The position numbers were made by a program, and so were the translations under genes. From an uncultured Muribaculaceae bacterium (GTDB lineage Bacteria > Bacteroidota > Bacteroidia > Bacteroidales > Muribaculaceae): a stretch of 64,000 bases of DNA. The notes under the pieces are model-generated. The model was not told where the DNA came from. It ran no database searches and saw only the letters and a list, made by a program, of their open reading frames with translations. The DNA is taken from positions 32,871 through 96,870 of the forward strand of contig CAZLSW010000001.1 in assembly GCA_964562375.1 (NCBI GenBank). The letters are read 5' to 3'. This document shows positions 1-10,032 of this stretch, piece after piece. Position 1 is the stretch's first letter. Each line of letters begins with the position of its first letter.

Positions 1-368
1 AACCATGTCAACATCGAACGCGTGGCGTAGTCCTTGTCGGCCTCAGCCATGGCGTAGAGGTTGTTGATCATGGCGGTCACCTTCTTCTCGTGGGCGAGGG
101 TAGCCTCGAAAGCGGCTAGGATGGAGGGCCACTCGGTGTCGACGGCGGCGATGGGAGCCAAAATCACGCGGCCACCGCGCGAGTTGACATAGTTCATGAG
201 GATTTCGGCGTGGGCCTGCTCCTCCTTGAACTGCACCTTGAACCAGTTGGCGATGCCACTCAAGCCTTTCGATTCCATGTCCATACCCATGGAAAGATAG
301 AGATATGCCGACCACAACTCGGCGTTAATCTGCTCATTCAGAGCCTTTTCCAAATCTTTGCTAAGCAT
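1..368 (-). CDS. Ferritin (non-heme), 3'-truncated by the window edge
   Basis: Hand translation from the ATG at 366-368 gives MLSKDLEKALNEQINAELWSAYLYLSMGMDMESKGL...EEQAHAEILMNYVNSRGG with no in-frame stop to position 3. Not in the ORF track because it runs off the window. Confidence 0.85.
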   Translation of the reverse strand, partial: MLSKDLEKALNEQINAELWSAYLYLSMGMDMESKGLSGIANWFKVQFKEEQAHAEILMNYVNSRGGRVILAPIAAVDTEWPSILAAFEATLAHEKKVTAMINNLYAMAEADKDYATRSMLTW

Positions 369-560
369 ATTTGTTACAAGTTTTAGCGGTTACACAATAG
401 TTGAATCTCGCTGGAGAACCCACTCGAAATCGAGGGGATTAACCGAGTGCAAACTTACCACTTTTTTTCGACAAATCGGCCCTTTAGCGCGGGTTTTTAA
501 AAATATTTATTGTAGTTTGGAAAAAACTTGCTACCTTTACACTTTGAAACGCCACTTGCC

Positions 561-1199
561 ATGGAAACAACCGACGGTTACATAGCAATCACGAAGGAGG
601 AGCTTGCTCCCCTGCCCATTGTGGCCTACCCCGGACGCATCACCGTAGTTGACAATCCGAGGGAGGCCAGGAAGGCGTTGGCGTTTTTGCGCGACGCCCG
701 TCGCGTAGGCTTTGACACGGAGACTCGCCCGTCGTTCCGCAAGGGGCATGTCAACACGGTGGCCCTGATCCAAATCTCCACGGCCGACCATTGTTTCCTT
801 TTCCGGCTGAAGAAGCTGGGCTTCCACGAGGAGCTGCGCGACTTCCTGGAGGACGAGACGGTGGAGAAAATCGGGCTCTCGCTGCGCGACGATTTCCTGG
901 TGCTGCACAAGATCAGCGAATTCGAGCCCCGCGGCTTTGTCGACCTGCAGGACTTCGTGAAGGGGTTCTCGATTCACGACGCGTCGCTCCAGAAGATTTA
1001 CGCCATCCTCTTCGGGGCGCGCATCTCCAAGAGCCAGCGGCTGAGCAACTGGGAGGCCGACACGCTCACCGAGTCGCAACAACGCTACGCGTCGATCGAC
1101 GCCTGGGCGTGCCTGCGCATCTACAACCACCTGAGAAGCGGCAATTTCGAACCCAATCAATCACCATATTGGAAAACCGTGGAGCGGCAAGGGGCCTAG
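561..1199 (+). CDS. 3'-5' exonuclease domain protein (DEDDy, RNase D/WRN-like)
   Basis: VGFDTETRP (ExoI), LSLRDDFLVL (ExoII) and YASIDAWA (ExoIII Y-x3-D) motifs. Start placed at METTDGY (ATG 561); the ORF is open from 528. Confidence 0.8.
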   Translation: METTDGYIAITKEELAPLPIVAYPGRITVVDNPREARKALAFLRDARRVGFDTETRPSFRKGHVNTVALIQISTADHCFLFRLKKLGFHEELRDFLEDETVEKIGLSLRDDFLVLHKISEFEPRGFVDLQDFVKGFSIHDASLQKIYAILFGARISKSQRLSNWEADTLTESQQRYASIDAWACLRIYNHLRSGNFEPNQSPYWKTVERQGA

Positions 1200-1247
1200 G
1201 CTCCCCCACCCCACCCCACCCTCAACCTTAATGACCAACAAAGACAC

Positions 1248-1442
1248 ATGAAACGATCTACCCTAATTCCCTCGCTGCTCGTCCTCTACCTAGGAGTGAT
1301 GAGCTGGATTGGATATCCCTCCTACGCGTCGGGAGAGTACTCAGCCTTGTACTATTTCGGCATCATCGGGGCCACCCTTTGCGTAATCGCCCTGCTGGCC
1401 TACCATATGCGACGCCGCGAGCGCGACCGCTCCAAAAATTAA
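1248..1442 (+). CDS. Small hypothetical membrane protein (two hydrophobic segments, basic tail)
   Basis: 64-aa ORF with an ATG start, two hydrophobic stretches and an RRRERDRSKN tail. No recognisable family. Confidence 0.35.
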   Translation: MKRSTLIPSLLVLYLGVMSWIGYPSYASGEYSALYYFGIIGATLCVIALLAYHMRRRERDRSKN

Positions 1443-1450
1443 CCCCCTCT

Positions 1451-1485
1451 TACTCTTTACTCTTTACTCTTTACTTTTTACTCTT
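1451..1485. repeat. Heptanucleotide tandem repeat (TACTCTT)x5 upstream of nagB
   Basis: Five direct consecutive 7-nt units, one variant TACTTTT, lying 30 nt upstream of the nagB ATG. Confidence 0.9.
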
Positions 1486-1514
1486 TAAGAACAATCAATA
1501 TAAAACATAAATCT

Positions 1515-2315
1515 ATGAGACTAATCATCCAACCCGATTATGAGCGCATGTCGCGCTGGGCAGCCCGATACGTTGCCGACCGCATCAACCAAGCCAAACC
1601 CACAGCCGAGCATCCTTTCGTGCTGGGACTTCCCACCGGCGGCTCCCCGCTGGGCATGTACCGCGAGCTTATCCTCCTGCACAAGAACGGTGAATTGTCG
1701 TTCAAGAACGTCGTCACATTCAACATGGACGAATACCGCGGCATCCCACAGGGACACCCCCAGAGCTACCACTCGTTCATGTGGACCAACTTCTTCAACC
1801 AGATCGACATCCCCGTAGAGAACGTCAACATCCTCGACGGCAACGCCCCCGTGCCCGAGGACGAGTGCGCCCGCTTCGAGGCAAAGATCGCCGCCATGGG
1901 TGGTATCGACCTGTTCGTGGGAGGCGTAGGTCCCGACGGACATATCGCTTTCAACGAGCCGGGCTCGTCGCTCACGTCGCGCACGCGCATGATGCGCCTC
2001 ACCACCGACACCATTTTGGCCAATTCTCGCTTCTTTGAGGGCGATAAGGACAAGGTGCCCACCACGGCGCTCACCGTGGGCGTAGGGACAATCATGGACG
2101 CCAAGAGCGTGATGCTGCTTGTCAACGGCCAGCACAAGGCCCGTGCGCTGAAACACGGCGTGGAGCTGGGCGTAAGCCAGATGTGGACCATCTCGGCGTT
2201 GCAACTTCACCCCAACGCGCTGATCGTATGCGACGACGACGCATGCTCTGAGCTCATGCTCGGCACCTACCGCTACTTCAAAGACGTTGAGCGCGACAAC
2301 CTCGACAACTACTAA
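1515..2315 (+). CDS. nagB: Glucosamine-6-phosphate deaminase
   Basis: 266 aa with GLPTGGSP and [14 protein letters not shown] motifs and the typical NagB length. Confidence 0.95.
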   Translation: MRLIIQPDYERMSRWAARYVADRINQAKPTAEHPFVLGLPTGGSPLGMYRELILLHKNGELSFKNVVTFNMDEYRGIPQGHPQSYHSFMWTNFFNQIDIPVENVNILDGNAPVPEDECARFEAKIAAMGGIDLFVGGVGPDGHIAFNEPGSSLTSRTRMMRLTTDTILANSRFFEGDKDKVPTTALTVGVGTIMDAKSVMLLVNGQHKARALKHGVELGVSQMWTISALQLHPNALIVCDDDACSELMLGTYRYFKDVERDNLDNY

Positions 2316-2329
2316 AGCTTTTAAAGTTT

Positions 2330-2480
2330 ATAGTTCAAGTTTCGCAAGTTATCCAAGAAACCACTAATTAACACTAATATTCACTAATTCAGCGATTAAA
2401 CTTATATTAATTAAGCTTTGCTGCGCAAAGAATTAACACGAATTTCCATAATGAAACGCTATCAACATTAGTGTAAATTA
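2330..2480 (+). repeat. AT-rich 3'-flank repeat element, copy A
   Basis: The 32-nt core AAGTTTCGCAAGTTATCCAAGAAACCACTAAT (2337-2368) recurs as an exact reverse complement at 23004-23035. The AATTAACACTAAT and GAATTTCCATAA..AACGCTATC blocks recur at 18560-18715. Confidence 0.75.
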
Positions 2481-2546
2481 TAAGGGAGTTAGTTCTTTAA
2501 TATTACTAGAATCGTAGTTAACTTATTGGTGTTCAAAAGATTGTAT

Positions 2547-2583
2547 AAAACCCGCCATCGGGGGTGACCGATGGCGGGTTTTA
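2547..2583. terminator. Bidirectional rho-independent terminator between convergent nagB and the FKBP gene
   Basis: Perfect 12-bp stem ACCCGCCATCGG / CCGATGGCGGGT with a 6-nt loop, flanked by an A-run on one side and a T-run on the other. Confidence 0.8.
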
Positions 2584-2676
2584 CTGTTGCGGATCTTGGC
2601 GTTGGCCGTCCAAGAGCGGCACCCTTAAGGCTGCGCGAACGCTTTCGATGGCCGGCCTGGAGGTGCCCCTATGGGT

Positions 2677-3591
2677 TTATTTTGCGGGCTCGGGGTTGAT
2701 GTCGAGCACCTCTACGTCGAAGACGAGCGTCGAGCAGGGACCGATGCCGGCCTGGGGAATGCCGTCAACGCCGTAGGCGAGGTCGGAGGGGATGTACAGG
2801 GTAGCCTTGCCGCCCTTTCCAAGAAGCATCAAGCCCTCGGTGAAGCCCGGAACGAAGTTGGAGGCAGGGAGAGTGATTCCCTCGTCGGATGATTTGTCAA
2901 ACTCGGTGCCGTCGACCAATTTGCCGGTGTATTTGATTTTCACGCGGTCGCTCTTCTGCACCTTGTCGCCAGTGCCTTCGTTCTCTACCTTGTAGGAGAG
3001 GCCGGTCTCGGAGGTTTGGATAGCGGGATCGGCAGCCTTGGCATCTTTGATGTACTTCTCACCAACGTTCTTGTTGGCGATGGCCTCGGCGGAATTGGCT
3101 TTCTCCTCCTGGGCTTTCTGCATTTGGATCTGCTGGATGCGCATGTTCAATTGCTGGAACTCGCTGTTGGCCTTGGATGCCTGAGCCTGGTCGACGCTGT
3201 CGGCGAGGAAAGCTTTCTCAAATTCCTTGAGGAAGGTGTTGATGTCGACTTGGGCGATCGACTGGTTTTGGCGCTGGGCGAAGTTCCAAGCGTTCAAGCC
3301 CACGTTGAAGCCGATCACGAAGCTTTGGTTGGTGGTATCGGTAGTGATGGCTGCCTTGAAGCCGCGCATGAAGTCGGCTTTGTTGAACTTGGCGCGATCG
3401 GCCGAGTCCTGACGCTCAACGAATTGTTTCCACTGCTGGGCGATTTCGTAGCCCATGGATTCGCCACCGAGGATGGAGATAGAATCAGAGAGAGCCTTGT
3501 CGGCGTTAGGGTTGGCCTTCTGAGAGCCACCGCAAGAGGCCATGGAGATGACCAAAGCGGCAGAAGCAAGGCCGAGAATGATTTTTTTCAT
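2677..3591 (-). CDS. FKBP-type peptidyl-prolyl cis-trans isomerase (FkpA-like lipoprotein)
   Basis: Signal and lipobox LVISMASCGG, a helical N-domain and a C-terminal FKBP domain (GKLVDGTEFDKS, LYIPSDLAYG). Confidence 0.9.
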   Translation of the reverse strand: MKKIILGLASAALVISMASCGGSQKANPNADKALSDSISILGGESMGYEIAQQWKQFVERQDSADRAKFNKADFMRGFKAAITTDTTNQSFVIGFNVGLNAWNFAQRQNQSIAQVDINTFLKEFEKAFLADSVDQAQASKANSEFQQLNMRIQQIQMQKAQEEKANSAEAIANKNVGEKYIKDAKAADPAIQTSETGLSYKVENEGTGDKVQKSDRVKIKYTGKLVDGTEFDKSSDEGITLPASNFVPGFTEGLMLLGKGGKATLYIPSDLAYGVDGIPQAGIGPCSTLVFDVEVLDINPEPAK

Positions 3592-3693
3592 TGCTTTATT
3601 AATTATTAATAGATTGATTGGTTGAAAGTTATAGTTGAAGGGAAAACTCCTTTCATCCTTTATTCCTTTAAAAATTACAGGATTAAAGGAGGT

Positions 3694-3715
3694 GTCGGGC
3701 CGGGGGCGGCCCGAC
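3694..3715. repeat. Single REP-like palindrome (variant) between the two FKBP genes
   Basis: GTCGGGCCG-GGGG-CGGCCCGAC followed by TTCCT, same family as the clustered elements, located 22 nt after the stop of the upstream FKBP gene. Confidence 0.8.
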
Positions 3716-3736
3716 TTCCTTCCTCTTGGGGAATAT

Positions 3737-4363
3737 TTACTTGGGGTTAACCTTGAGGAGCTCCACGTCGAAGATAAGGGTGGCGTTGGGCGGGATAGCG
3801 CCGGGTGCTCCCTGAGGGCCGTAAGCGAGGTTGGAGGGGATGAACAGGCGCCACTTTGAGCCTTCGTTCATGAGTTGAAGGGCCTCAACCCACCCGGGGA
3901 TAACCTGGGTGACACCAAAGGTGGCCGGGATACCGCGGTCGACCGAGGAGTCGAATACTGTGCCGTCGATCAACTTGCCGGTGTAATGAACCTCCACCTT
4001 GTCAGTGGCTGTAGGCTTGGGGCCTTCGCCTTGGGTAATCACCTCGTACTGCAGACCGCTGGGAGTGGTCAACACGTCGACACGCTTGCCGTTCTCGGCG
4101 AGGAACTCCTCACCGGCTTTCTTGTTGACCTCGGCCATGCGAGCGGCCTCGGCTTCTTGTTCCTTTTGCATCTTCTCGAAGAAGGCTTGAATCTCTTTCT
4201 TGGCCTCGTCGTAGCTCATCTTGGGAGCCGAGCCGTAGAAAACAGCGGCCACGCCGTCGGCGAAGTCTTGGATGTTGATTTCCTTGATTCCCGAAGCACG
4301 GAAATTGTTGCCCATGGAAAGGCCCAGGGCATAAGAGATACGGTCGAGGGAATTGGTTTCCAT
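3737..4363 (-). CDS. FKBP-type peptidyl-prolyl cis-trans isomerase
   Basis: 208 aa with YTGKLIDGTVFDSS and LFIPSNLAYG motifs. Confidence 0.9.
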   Translation of the reverse strand: METNSLDRISYALGLSMGNNFRASGIKEINIQDFADGVAAVFYGSAPKMSYDEAKKEIQAFFEKMQKEQEAEAARMAEVNKKAGEEFLAENGKRVDVLTTPSGLQYEVITQGEGPKPTATDKVEVHYTGKLIDGTVFDSSVDRGIPATFGVTQVIPGWVEALQLMNEGSKWRLFIPSNLAYGPQGAPGAIPPNATLIFDVELLKVNPK

Positions 4364-4483
4364 AATCGTTGAGTTTTAAGATTAATAGATTCGCGCCGCG
4401 AAGTTAAGCAAAATGCGGGCAAAAAATTAACAATTTTCTTTAAATTATGGTTCATGGCGTGCAACCTTAGCACCGCATTAGCT

Positions 4484-4503
4484 CCCCGCGGTAACCCGCG
4501 GGG
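4484..4503. repeat. GC hairpin CCCCGCGG-TAAC-CCGCGGGG downstream of vsr (CCGCGG-type palindrome family)
   Basis: Perfect 8-bp stem 63 nt after the vsr stop. Related CCGCGG-centred palindromes lie at 30961-30997, 49997-50032 and 53405-53442. Confidence 0.7.
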
Positions 4504-4565
4504 CACGCAACCGCTATGGAGGATCCTTTCATCCTTTCCTCCTTTAAGGGGTGGATAAGAGAGGA

Positions 4566-5060
4566 TTAGAGGGGGTCCTCGGCGGCGATGGTGAGGGGGA
4601 GGTCGTCGGGAGGGAAAGAGTAGGGGGATGGGGCCACTGGCTGGGAGCGGAAAGCCTCGAGGGTGGCGGCCAGGCGCTCCAGGGTAGCATGGCGTTGTGG
4701 TTTGGCCAGCTCACATTCCCAGATGGTAATCACATTCCATCCCATTTGTCTCAACTTTTGCGCTACCTCTTGATCCCGCTGGCGATTGCGCTCTATTTTG
4801 GCAAGCCAAAAAACGGAATTGGTTTTTGGAAGTCGAAAACAACTTCCATCATGGCCGTGCCAGAAACAACCATGGATAAAAATGACTGTTTTTATGCCTG
4901 GAAAGACAATGTCGGGACGGCCTGGTAGATCTGCCCGATAAAGGCGGTAACGGAATCCTCGTGTCCACAGGAATTGACGCACGAGTCGCTCGGGGCGCGT
5001 GTCGCGGGAGCGTACAGCGCTCATGCACCGATGTCGTTGCTCGGGTGTCATCTTGTCCAT
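4566..5060 (-). CDS. vsr: Very short patch repair endonuclease
   Basis: RSRDTRPE and GRPDIVFPGIKTVIFIHGCFWHGH motifs; 164 aa. Confidence 0.9.
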   Translation of the reverse strand: MDKMTPEQRHRCMSAVRSRDTRPERLVRQFLWTRGFRYRLYRADLPGRPDIVFPGIKTVIFIHGCFWHGHDGSCFRLPKTNSVFWLAKIERNRQRDQEVAQKLRQMGWNVITIWECELAKPQRHATLERLAATLEAFRSQPVAPSPYSFPPDDLPLTIAAEDPL

Positions 5061-5139
5061 GTAATAATAACGCTTTTAGGGGAATTTATATTTTATTTTT
5101 CTTACTGTCCCGCCGACACGATGTGACTTCCTTTCTGGA

Positions 5140-5481
5140 TGTTGATAACCATGTTGATAAGTGTTGATAATTGGATGAGGGATTTTTATAGATTGTATTT
5201 GGAGGGAAAGGAAAGTTGTATATACCTGAAAGTAAATTAAGCCTCCAAAAAAGATAGCGTAATGTTATAAGCGCGGAATAGACGCAGAAAATGGAAGTTA
5301 TCAATACCAAGTGTGGGGAAAATTTATTAACTTCGCGAGTTGTAAACATGGTGTTAATAAGTAATTGATTTCATTGTGTTTCAATGCGATTGGATGTTGA
5401 TAACCTGATAATAAAGCCAATCTTGATATTTATAACTTAAAATGCAAGAAAAAGAGGAAAAAGTTATAGAGGTTATCAACA
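5140..5481. promoter_or_regulatory. Cluster of DnaA-box-like 9-mers (TGTTGATAA / TTATCAACA) in an AT-rich 480-bp intergenic region; candidate oriC or DnaA-regulated region
   Basis: Boxes at 5140-5148, 5152-5160, 5162-5170, 5395-5403 and 5473-5481, with variants at 5298-5306 and 5352-5360. Each of the five exact copies is one mismatch from TTATCCACA. The region 5061-5543 is visibly far more AT-rich than its flanks. Confidence 0.45.
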
Positions 5482-5543
5482 CCCCATATAAATCATCATA
5501 AAGAAAGTTTTTTTGAAAAAAAATTTTTTTAAAAGAAAATATA

Positions 5544-6500
5544 ATGACTGTTGACAAACACCCGGAAAGGGATGCCGAAAAACTCAAAGAAGAGATAAAG
5601 CTACTGAAAGAGGAGCGCGGCGCGGTGATCCTGGGTCATTATTACACCGAAGGCGACGTGCAGGACGTGGCCGACTTCATCGGCGACTCGCTTGCCTTGG
5701 CTCAAGTGGCCAAGACCCTGGAGGCCCCAGTGGTGGTGATGTGCGGCGTTCACTTCATGGGGGAGACGGTGAAAATACTGTGCCCCGAGAAGACGGTGCT
5801 CGTTCCCGACTTGGCAGCCGGTTGCTCCCTTGCCGACAGTTGCCCGGCCGATGAGTTTGAGGCTTTCATCAAGGAGCATCCCGGCCACACAGTAATTTCC
5901 TATGTCAACACAACAGCCGGCGTGAAGGCCTTGACCGATATTGTGGTGACGTCGTCCAACGCCAAGAAGGTGGTGGATTCGTTACCCAAGGATGAAAAGA
6001 TAATCTTCGGTCCCGACCGCAATCTGGGTGATTACATCAACCGTTGCACGGGACGAAACATGGTGATATGGAACGGTGCATGCCACGTGCATGAGCAATT
6101 CTCGGTGGAAAAACTTGTGGAGCTTAAAAAGCAGCATCCCCAAGCCAAGGTTTTGGCCCATCCCGAGTGCAAGAAACCCATCCTGTTGCTCGCCGACAAG
6201 GTAGGATCCACCGCCGCTTTGCTCAACTTTGCCAAAGAGAGCGAAGCCAAGGAATTTATAGTGGTTACCGAGAGCGGCATCCTTCACCAGATGCGCAAGG
6301 ATTGCCCCGACAAGGTGTTCATTCCGGCTCCTCCCGAGGACAGCACCTGCGCTTGCAACAATTGCTCGTATATGAAACTCAACACCCTCGAGAAGATAAG
6401 CGACTGTTTGCGCGACCTTAAGCCTCAAATCGAGGTGGATGAGGCTATTATCGACCGTGCCCGCAAGCCAATCGAACGCATGCTGGAGATTAGTAAATAG
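5544..6500 (+). CDS. nadA: Quinolinate synthase
   Basis: 318 aa with ILGHYY and VHFMGE motifs and a cysteine cluster CACNNCSYM. Confidence 0.92.
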   Translation: MTVDKHPERDAEKLKEEIKLLKEERGAVILGHYYTEGDVQDVADFIGDSLALAQVAKTLEAPVVVMCGVHFMGETVKILCPEKTVLVPDLAAGCSLADSCPADEFEAFIKEHPGHTVISYVNTTAGVKALTDIVVTSSNAKKVVDSLPKDEKIIFGPDRNLGDYINRCTGRNMVIWNGACHVHEQFSVEKLVELKKQHPQAKVLAHPECKKPILLLADKVGSTAALLNFAKESEAKEFIVVTESGILHQMRKDCPDKVFIPAPPEDSTCACNNCSYMKLNTLEKISDCLRDLKPQIEVDEAIIDRARKPIERMLEISK

Positions 6501-6520
6501 TGGTGAGTTGTAAGTACTGT

Positions 6521-6590
6521 CGTGCACTCGTTTATTTGTTTATTCGTGCATTCGACATAATCCATAAACTAGAAACTAGAAACTAGAAAC
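6521..6590 (+). repeat. Modular leader array upstream of leuS: 8-mers (CGTGCACT-type) then (AACTAGA)x3
   Basis: CGTGCACT CGTTTATT TGTTTATT CGTGCATT, then AACTAGA x3, ending 12 nt before the leuS ATG. Confidence 0.85.
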
Positions 6591-6601
6591 TTTCAACCCG
6601 A

Positions 6602-9373
6602 ATGGAATACAATCATAAAGATATTGAAAGCCGGTGGCAAAACCGGTGGAGAGAAGATTGCACCTACCAGGTGTCCATTGACAAAAATCGTCCCAAATTT
6701 TATGTGCTCGACATGTTTCCTTACCCCTCGGGAGCCGGATTGCATGTTGGTCATCCCCTGGGATATATAGCAAGCGATATCTACTCGCGTTACAAGCGCC
6801 TGCAAGGCTTCAACGTGCTTCATCCCATGGGATACGACGCTTATGGTCTTCCCGCCGAGCAATACGCCATCCAGACGGGTCAACATCCCGAGAAAACCAC
6901 CATTGATAATATCAACCGTTACCGCGAGCAGCTCGACAAGATAGGTTTCTGCTATGACTGGAGCCGCGAGATAAAGACTTGTGACCCTGAGTATTATAAA
7001 TGGACACAGTGGGCCTTCATCGAGATGTTTGGCCACTATTACGACACTGCCAAAAGCAAAGCTATGCCTATTGCCGACCTCATCGCTCATTTTGAAAAGA
7101 ATGGCACCGAGGGGTTGACAGCCGCCGGCAGCAAGGAACTGAGTTTCACTGCCGATGAGTGGAAGGCGATGAGCGAAAAACAGAAGAGCGACACGCTGAT
7201 GAACTGGCGCATCGCCTATCTGGGCAACACGATGGTCAACTGGTGTCCAAAATTAGGCACGGTATTGGCCAACGATGAGGTAAGCGAGGGAGTGTCAATC
7301 AGAGGTGGCTATCCAGTGGAGCAGAAACTGATGTACCAGTGGTGCTTGCGCGTGTCGGCTTACGCCCAAAGGCTGCTCGACGGACTGGAGAAAATCGACT
7401 GGACCGACTCGTTGAAGGAGACCCAGCGCAATTGGATTGGCCGTAGCGAGGGTGCCGAGATGCGTTTCAAAATCGACAATAGCGACGTGGAGATGGAGAT
7501 CTTCACCACCCGCGCCGACACCGTATTTGGTGTAACATTCATGGTACTGGCTCCCGAAAGCACCTACGTCGACTTGATAACAACTCCGGAGCAACGCAAG
7601 GCAGTAGATGATTATATAGCTTCAATCAAGCACAAAACCGAGCGCGAGCGCATGATTGAAAAGCGAGTGAGCGGAGTGTTCACCGGTGCTTATGCCATCA
7701 ATCCATTGACTGGAAAGAAAATACCCGTATGGGTAAGCGACTATGTGCTCGCCGGTTACGGTACGGGCGCCATTATGGCCGTACCCGCCCACGACTCCCG
7801 CGACTGGGCGTTCGCCAAGCATTTCGACCTGCCTATTATCCCATTGATCGAGGGTGCCGACGTGTCGGAGGGCTCTTTCGACGCCAAGGAGGGCAAGATG
7901 ATCAACTCCTCCAACGGTGATTTCTCCCTCAACGGCCTCGAGGTCAAGCAAGCTATCGCAGCAACCAAGAAATATATAGAGGAGAAGGGCATCGGCAAGG
8001 TAAAGGTCAACTACCGTCTGCGCGACGCCATCTTCAGCCGCCAGCGCTACTGGGGCGAGCCATTCCCGGTATATTATAAAGATGGAGTGCCTCACATGAT
8101 GTCGCTCGAGGATCTCCCTCTGCTCCTTCCCGAGGTAGACAAATATCTCCCCACCGAGACGGGCGAGCCGCCCCTGGGCCGCGCCAAAAACTGGAAAACC
8201 CGCGAAGGCTATCCCATCGAGTTGAACACCATGCCAGGATTCGCTGGATCGTCGGCCTACTATCTGCGCTACATGGACCCTCGCAACAACGACGCTTTGG
8301 TATCCCAGGAGGCTGATGAGTATTGGCGCAACGTCGACCTCTACATAGGCGGCACCGAGCACGCCACGGGTCACCTAATCTACAGCCGATTCTGGAACAA
8401 ATTCCTCTACGACTTGGGTAAAGTAGTTGAGGATGAGCCGTTTAAAAAACTCATAAACCAGGGCATGATTCAGGGACGAAGCAACTTCGTATACCGAATC
8501 AAGGACACCAACACCTTCGTGTCATGCGGGCTGAAAGACCAATACGACACCACCCCTATCCACGTCGACGTCAATATCGTGAGCAACGACGTCCTCGACT
8601 TGGAGCGTTTCAAGGGTTGGCGACCCGAATTTGCCACCGCCGAATTCATCCTTGAGGATGGCAAATACATATGCGGCTGGGCCGTGGAGAAGATGTCGAA
8701 ATCGATGTTCAACGTGGTCAACCCCGACGACATCGTGGAGCGTTACGGTGCCGACACCCTACGCCTCTACGAAATGTTCCTCGGCCCGTTGGAGCAAAGC
8801 AAGCCTTGGGACACCAACGGCATCGACGGCGTTAACCGCTTTATCAAGAAACTTTGGGCCCTCTTCTACAAGGGTGGCCAGTGGCTGGTAACCGACGACG
8901 AGCCGTCCAAGGAATCGTTGAAATCGCTCCACAAGTTGATCAAGAAAGTTACCCAGGACATCGAGACATTCAGCTACAACACCTCGATAGCTGCCTTCAT
9001 GATATGTGTCAACGAGTTGACGCAACAAAAGTGCCACTCACGCCAAGTGCTTGAGCCACTGTTGATTCTGTTGGCGCCATTCGCTCCCCACGTTACAGAG
9101 GAGTTGTGGCACGCTTTGGGCCACGATACCACCATCTGCGACGCCCAATGGCCCGTGCACGACGAGGAATACCTGAAAGAAAACGAGGTGAACCTTGGCG
9201 TGTCGTTCAACGGCAAGGCCCGCTTCACCATCACCGTTCCTGCCGACCTCGACGCCGACTCTATCCAAAAACTCGCTCTGGAGCACGAAAGCGCCCAGAA
9301 ATGGCTCGAGGGCAAGACCGTCCGCAAGGTGATTGTGGTACCCGGTAAGATAGTTAATGTGGTAGTAGGATAA
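6602..9373 (+). CDS. leuS: Leucine--tRNA ligase
   Basis: 923 aa with HVGHPLGY (HIGH) and [10 protein letters not shown] (KMSKS) motifs. Confidence 0.97.
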   Translation: MEYNHKDIESRWQNRWREDCTYQVSIDKNRPKFYVLDMFPYPSGAGLHVGHPLGYIASDIYSRYKRLQGFNVLHPMGYDAYGLPAEQYAIQTGQHPEKTTIDNINRYREQLDKIGFCYDWSREIKTCDPEYYKWTQWAFIEMFGHYYDTAKSKAMPIADLIAHFEKNGTEGLTAAGSKELSFTADEWKAMSEKQKSDTLMNWRIAYLGNTMVNWCPKLGTVLANDEVSEGVSIRGGYPVEQKLMYQWCLRVSAYAQRLLDGLEKIDWTDSLKETQRNWIGRSEGAEMRFKIDNSDVEMEIFTTRADTVFGVTFMVLAPESTYVDLITTPEQRKAVDDYIASIKHKTERERMIEKRVSGVFTGAYAINPLTGKKIPVWVSDYVLAGYGTGAIMAVPAHDSRDWAFAKHFDLPIIPLIEGADVSEGSFDAKEGKMINSSNGDFSLNGLEVKQAIAATKKYIEEKGIGKVKVNYRLRDAIFSRQRYWGEPFPVYYKDGVPHMMSLEDLPLLLPEVDKYLPTETGEPPLGRAKNWKTREGYPIELNTMPGFAGSSAYYLRYMDPRNNDALVSQEADEYWRNVDLYIGGTEHATGHLIYSRFWNKFLYDLGKVVEDEPFKKLINQGMIQGRSNFVYRIKDTNTFVSCGLKDQYDTTPIHVDVNIVSNDVLDLERFKGWRPEFATAEFILEDGKYICGWAVEKMSKSMFNVVNPDDIVERYGADTLRLYEMFLGPLEQSKPWDTNGIDGVNRFIKKLWALFYKGGQWLVTDDEPSKESLKSLHKLIKKVTQDIETFSYNTSIAAFMICVNELTQQKCHSRQVLEPLLILLAPFAPHVTEELWHALGHDTTICDAQWPVHDEEYLKENEVNLGVSFNGKARFTITVPADLDADSIQKLALEHESAQKWLEGKTVRKVIVVPGKIVNVVVG

Positions 9374-9427
9374 TAAATTAGGCATTTTTACGTTATACAA
9401 TTGCCTAAGAATATTTTGGAAAAAGTA

Positions 9428-10009
9428 ATGAGCCGCAAAAAGATAGTAATGGCGACCAACAACGCCCACAAGTTGCAGGAAGCGAGGGAGATCCTTGCCG
9501 ACGGCGATTGGGAAGTTGTGTCGTTGAGCGATCTTGGCTGCCACGAGGATATACCTGAAACAGGCGCGACCTTGGAGGAAAACGCGTTGCAGAAAGCGCA
9601 ATGGGTTGCCCAAAGGTATGGCGTCGACTGTTTTGCCGACGATACTGGCTTGGAGGTATATAGCCTTGGTGGAGAGCCTGGAGTGCGTTCGGCTCGTTAT
9701 GCCGGTGAAGGTCACGACTCCCAGGCCAACATGAAGAAACTTTTGGAGCGCCTTGAGGGCAGTGGCGACCGCCGCGCCAGGTTCCGCACAGTCATCGCCT
9801 TGATACGTGGTGGGCAGGTGCAACAAATGGACGGCGTGGTGGAAGGCACTATTCGCCTCGAGCCATGCGGCCAAGGCGGATTCGGCTACGATCCCATCTT
9901 CCAGCCTGAGAATAAGGAAGTTACTTTTGCCGAAATGAGTGCCGAGGACAAAAACTCGATCAGTCACCGCGGTCGCGCGATGGCCAAATTAAAAGCGATT
10001 TTGCAATAA
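9428..10009 (+). CDS. rdgB: Non-canonical purine NTP pyrophosphatase (dITP/XTP pyrophosphatase)
   Basis: ATNNAHKLQE, FGYDPIF and SHRGRA motifs. Start placed at MSRKKIVMATNN; the ORF is open from 9401. Confidence 0.9.
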   Translation: MSRKKIVMATNNAHKLQEAREILADGDWEVVSLSDLGCHEDIPETGATLEENALQKAQWVAQRYGVDCFADDTGLEVYSLGGEPGVRSARYAGEGHDSQANMKKLLERLEGSGDRRARFRTVIALIRGGQVQQMDGVVEGTIRLEPCGQGGFGYDPIFQPENKEVTFAEMSAEDKNSISHRGRAMAKLKAILQ

Positions 10010-10032
10010 CATTCAGCATATACCCAATCTCT

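Noticed and set aside
5086-5587. The 87-aa and 68-aa ORFs in the AT-rich vsr-nadA spacer.
   Set aside because: Their composition is extremely AT-rich and low-complexity, unlike any other gene here. One overlaps the nadA start, and the region is better explained as regulatory or origin-like DNA.
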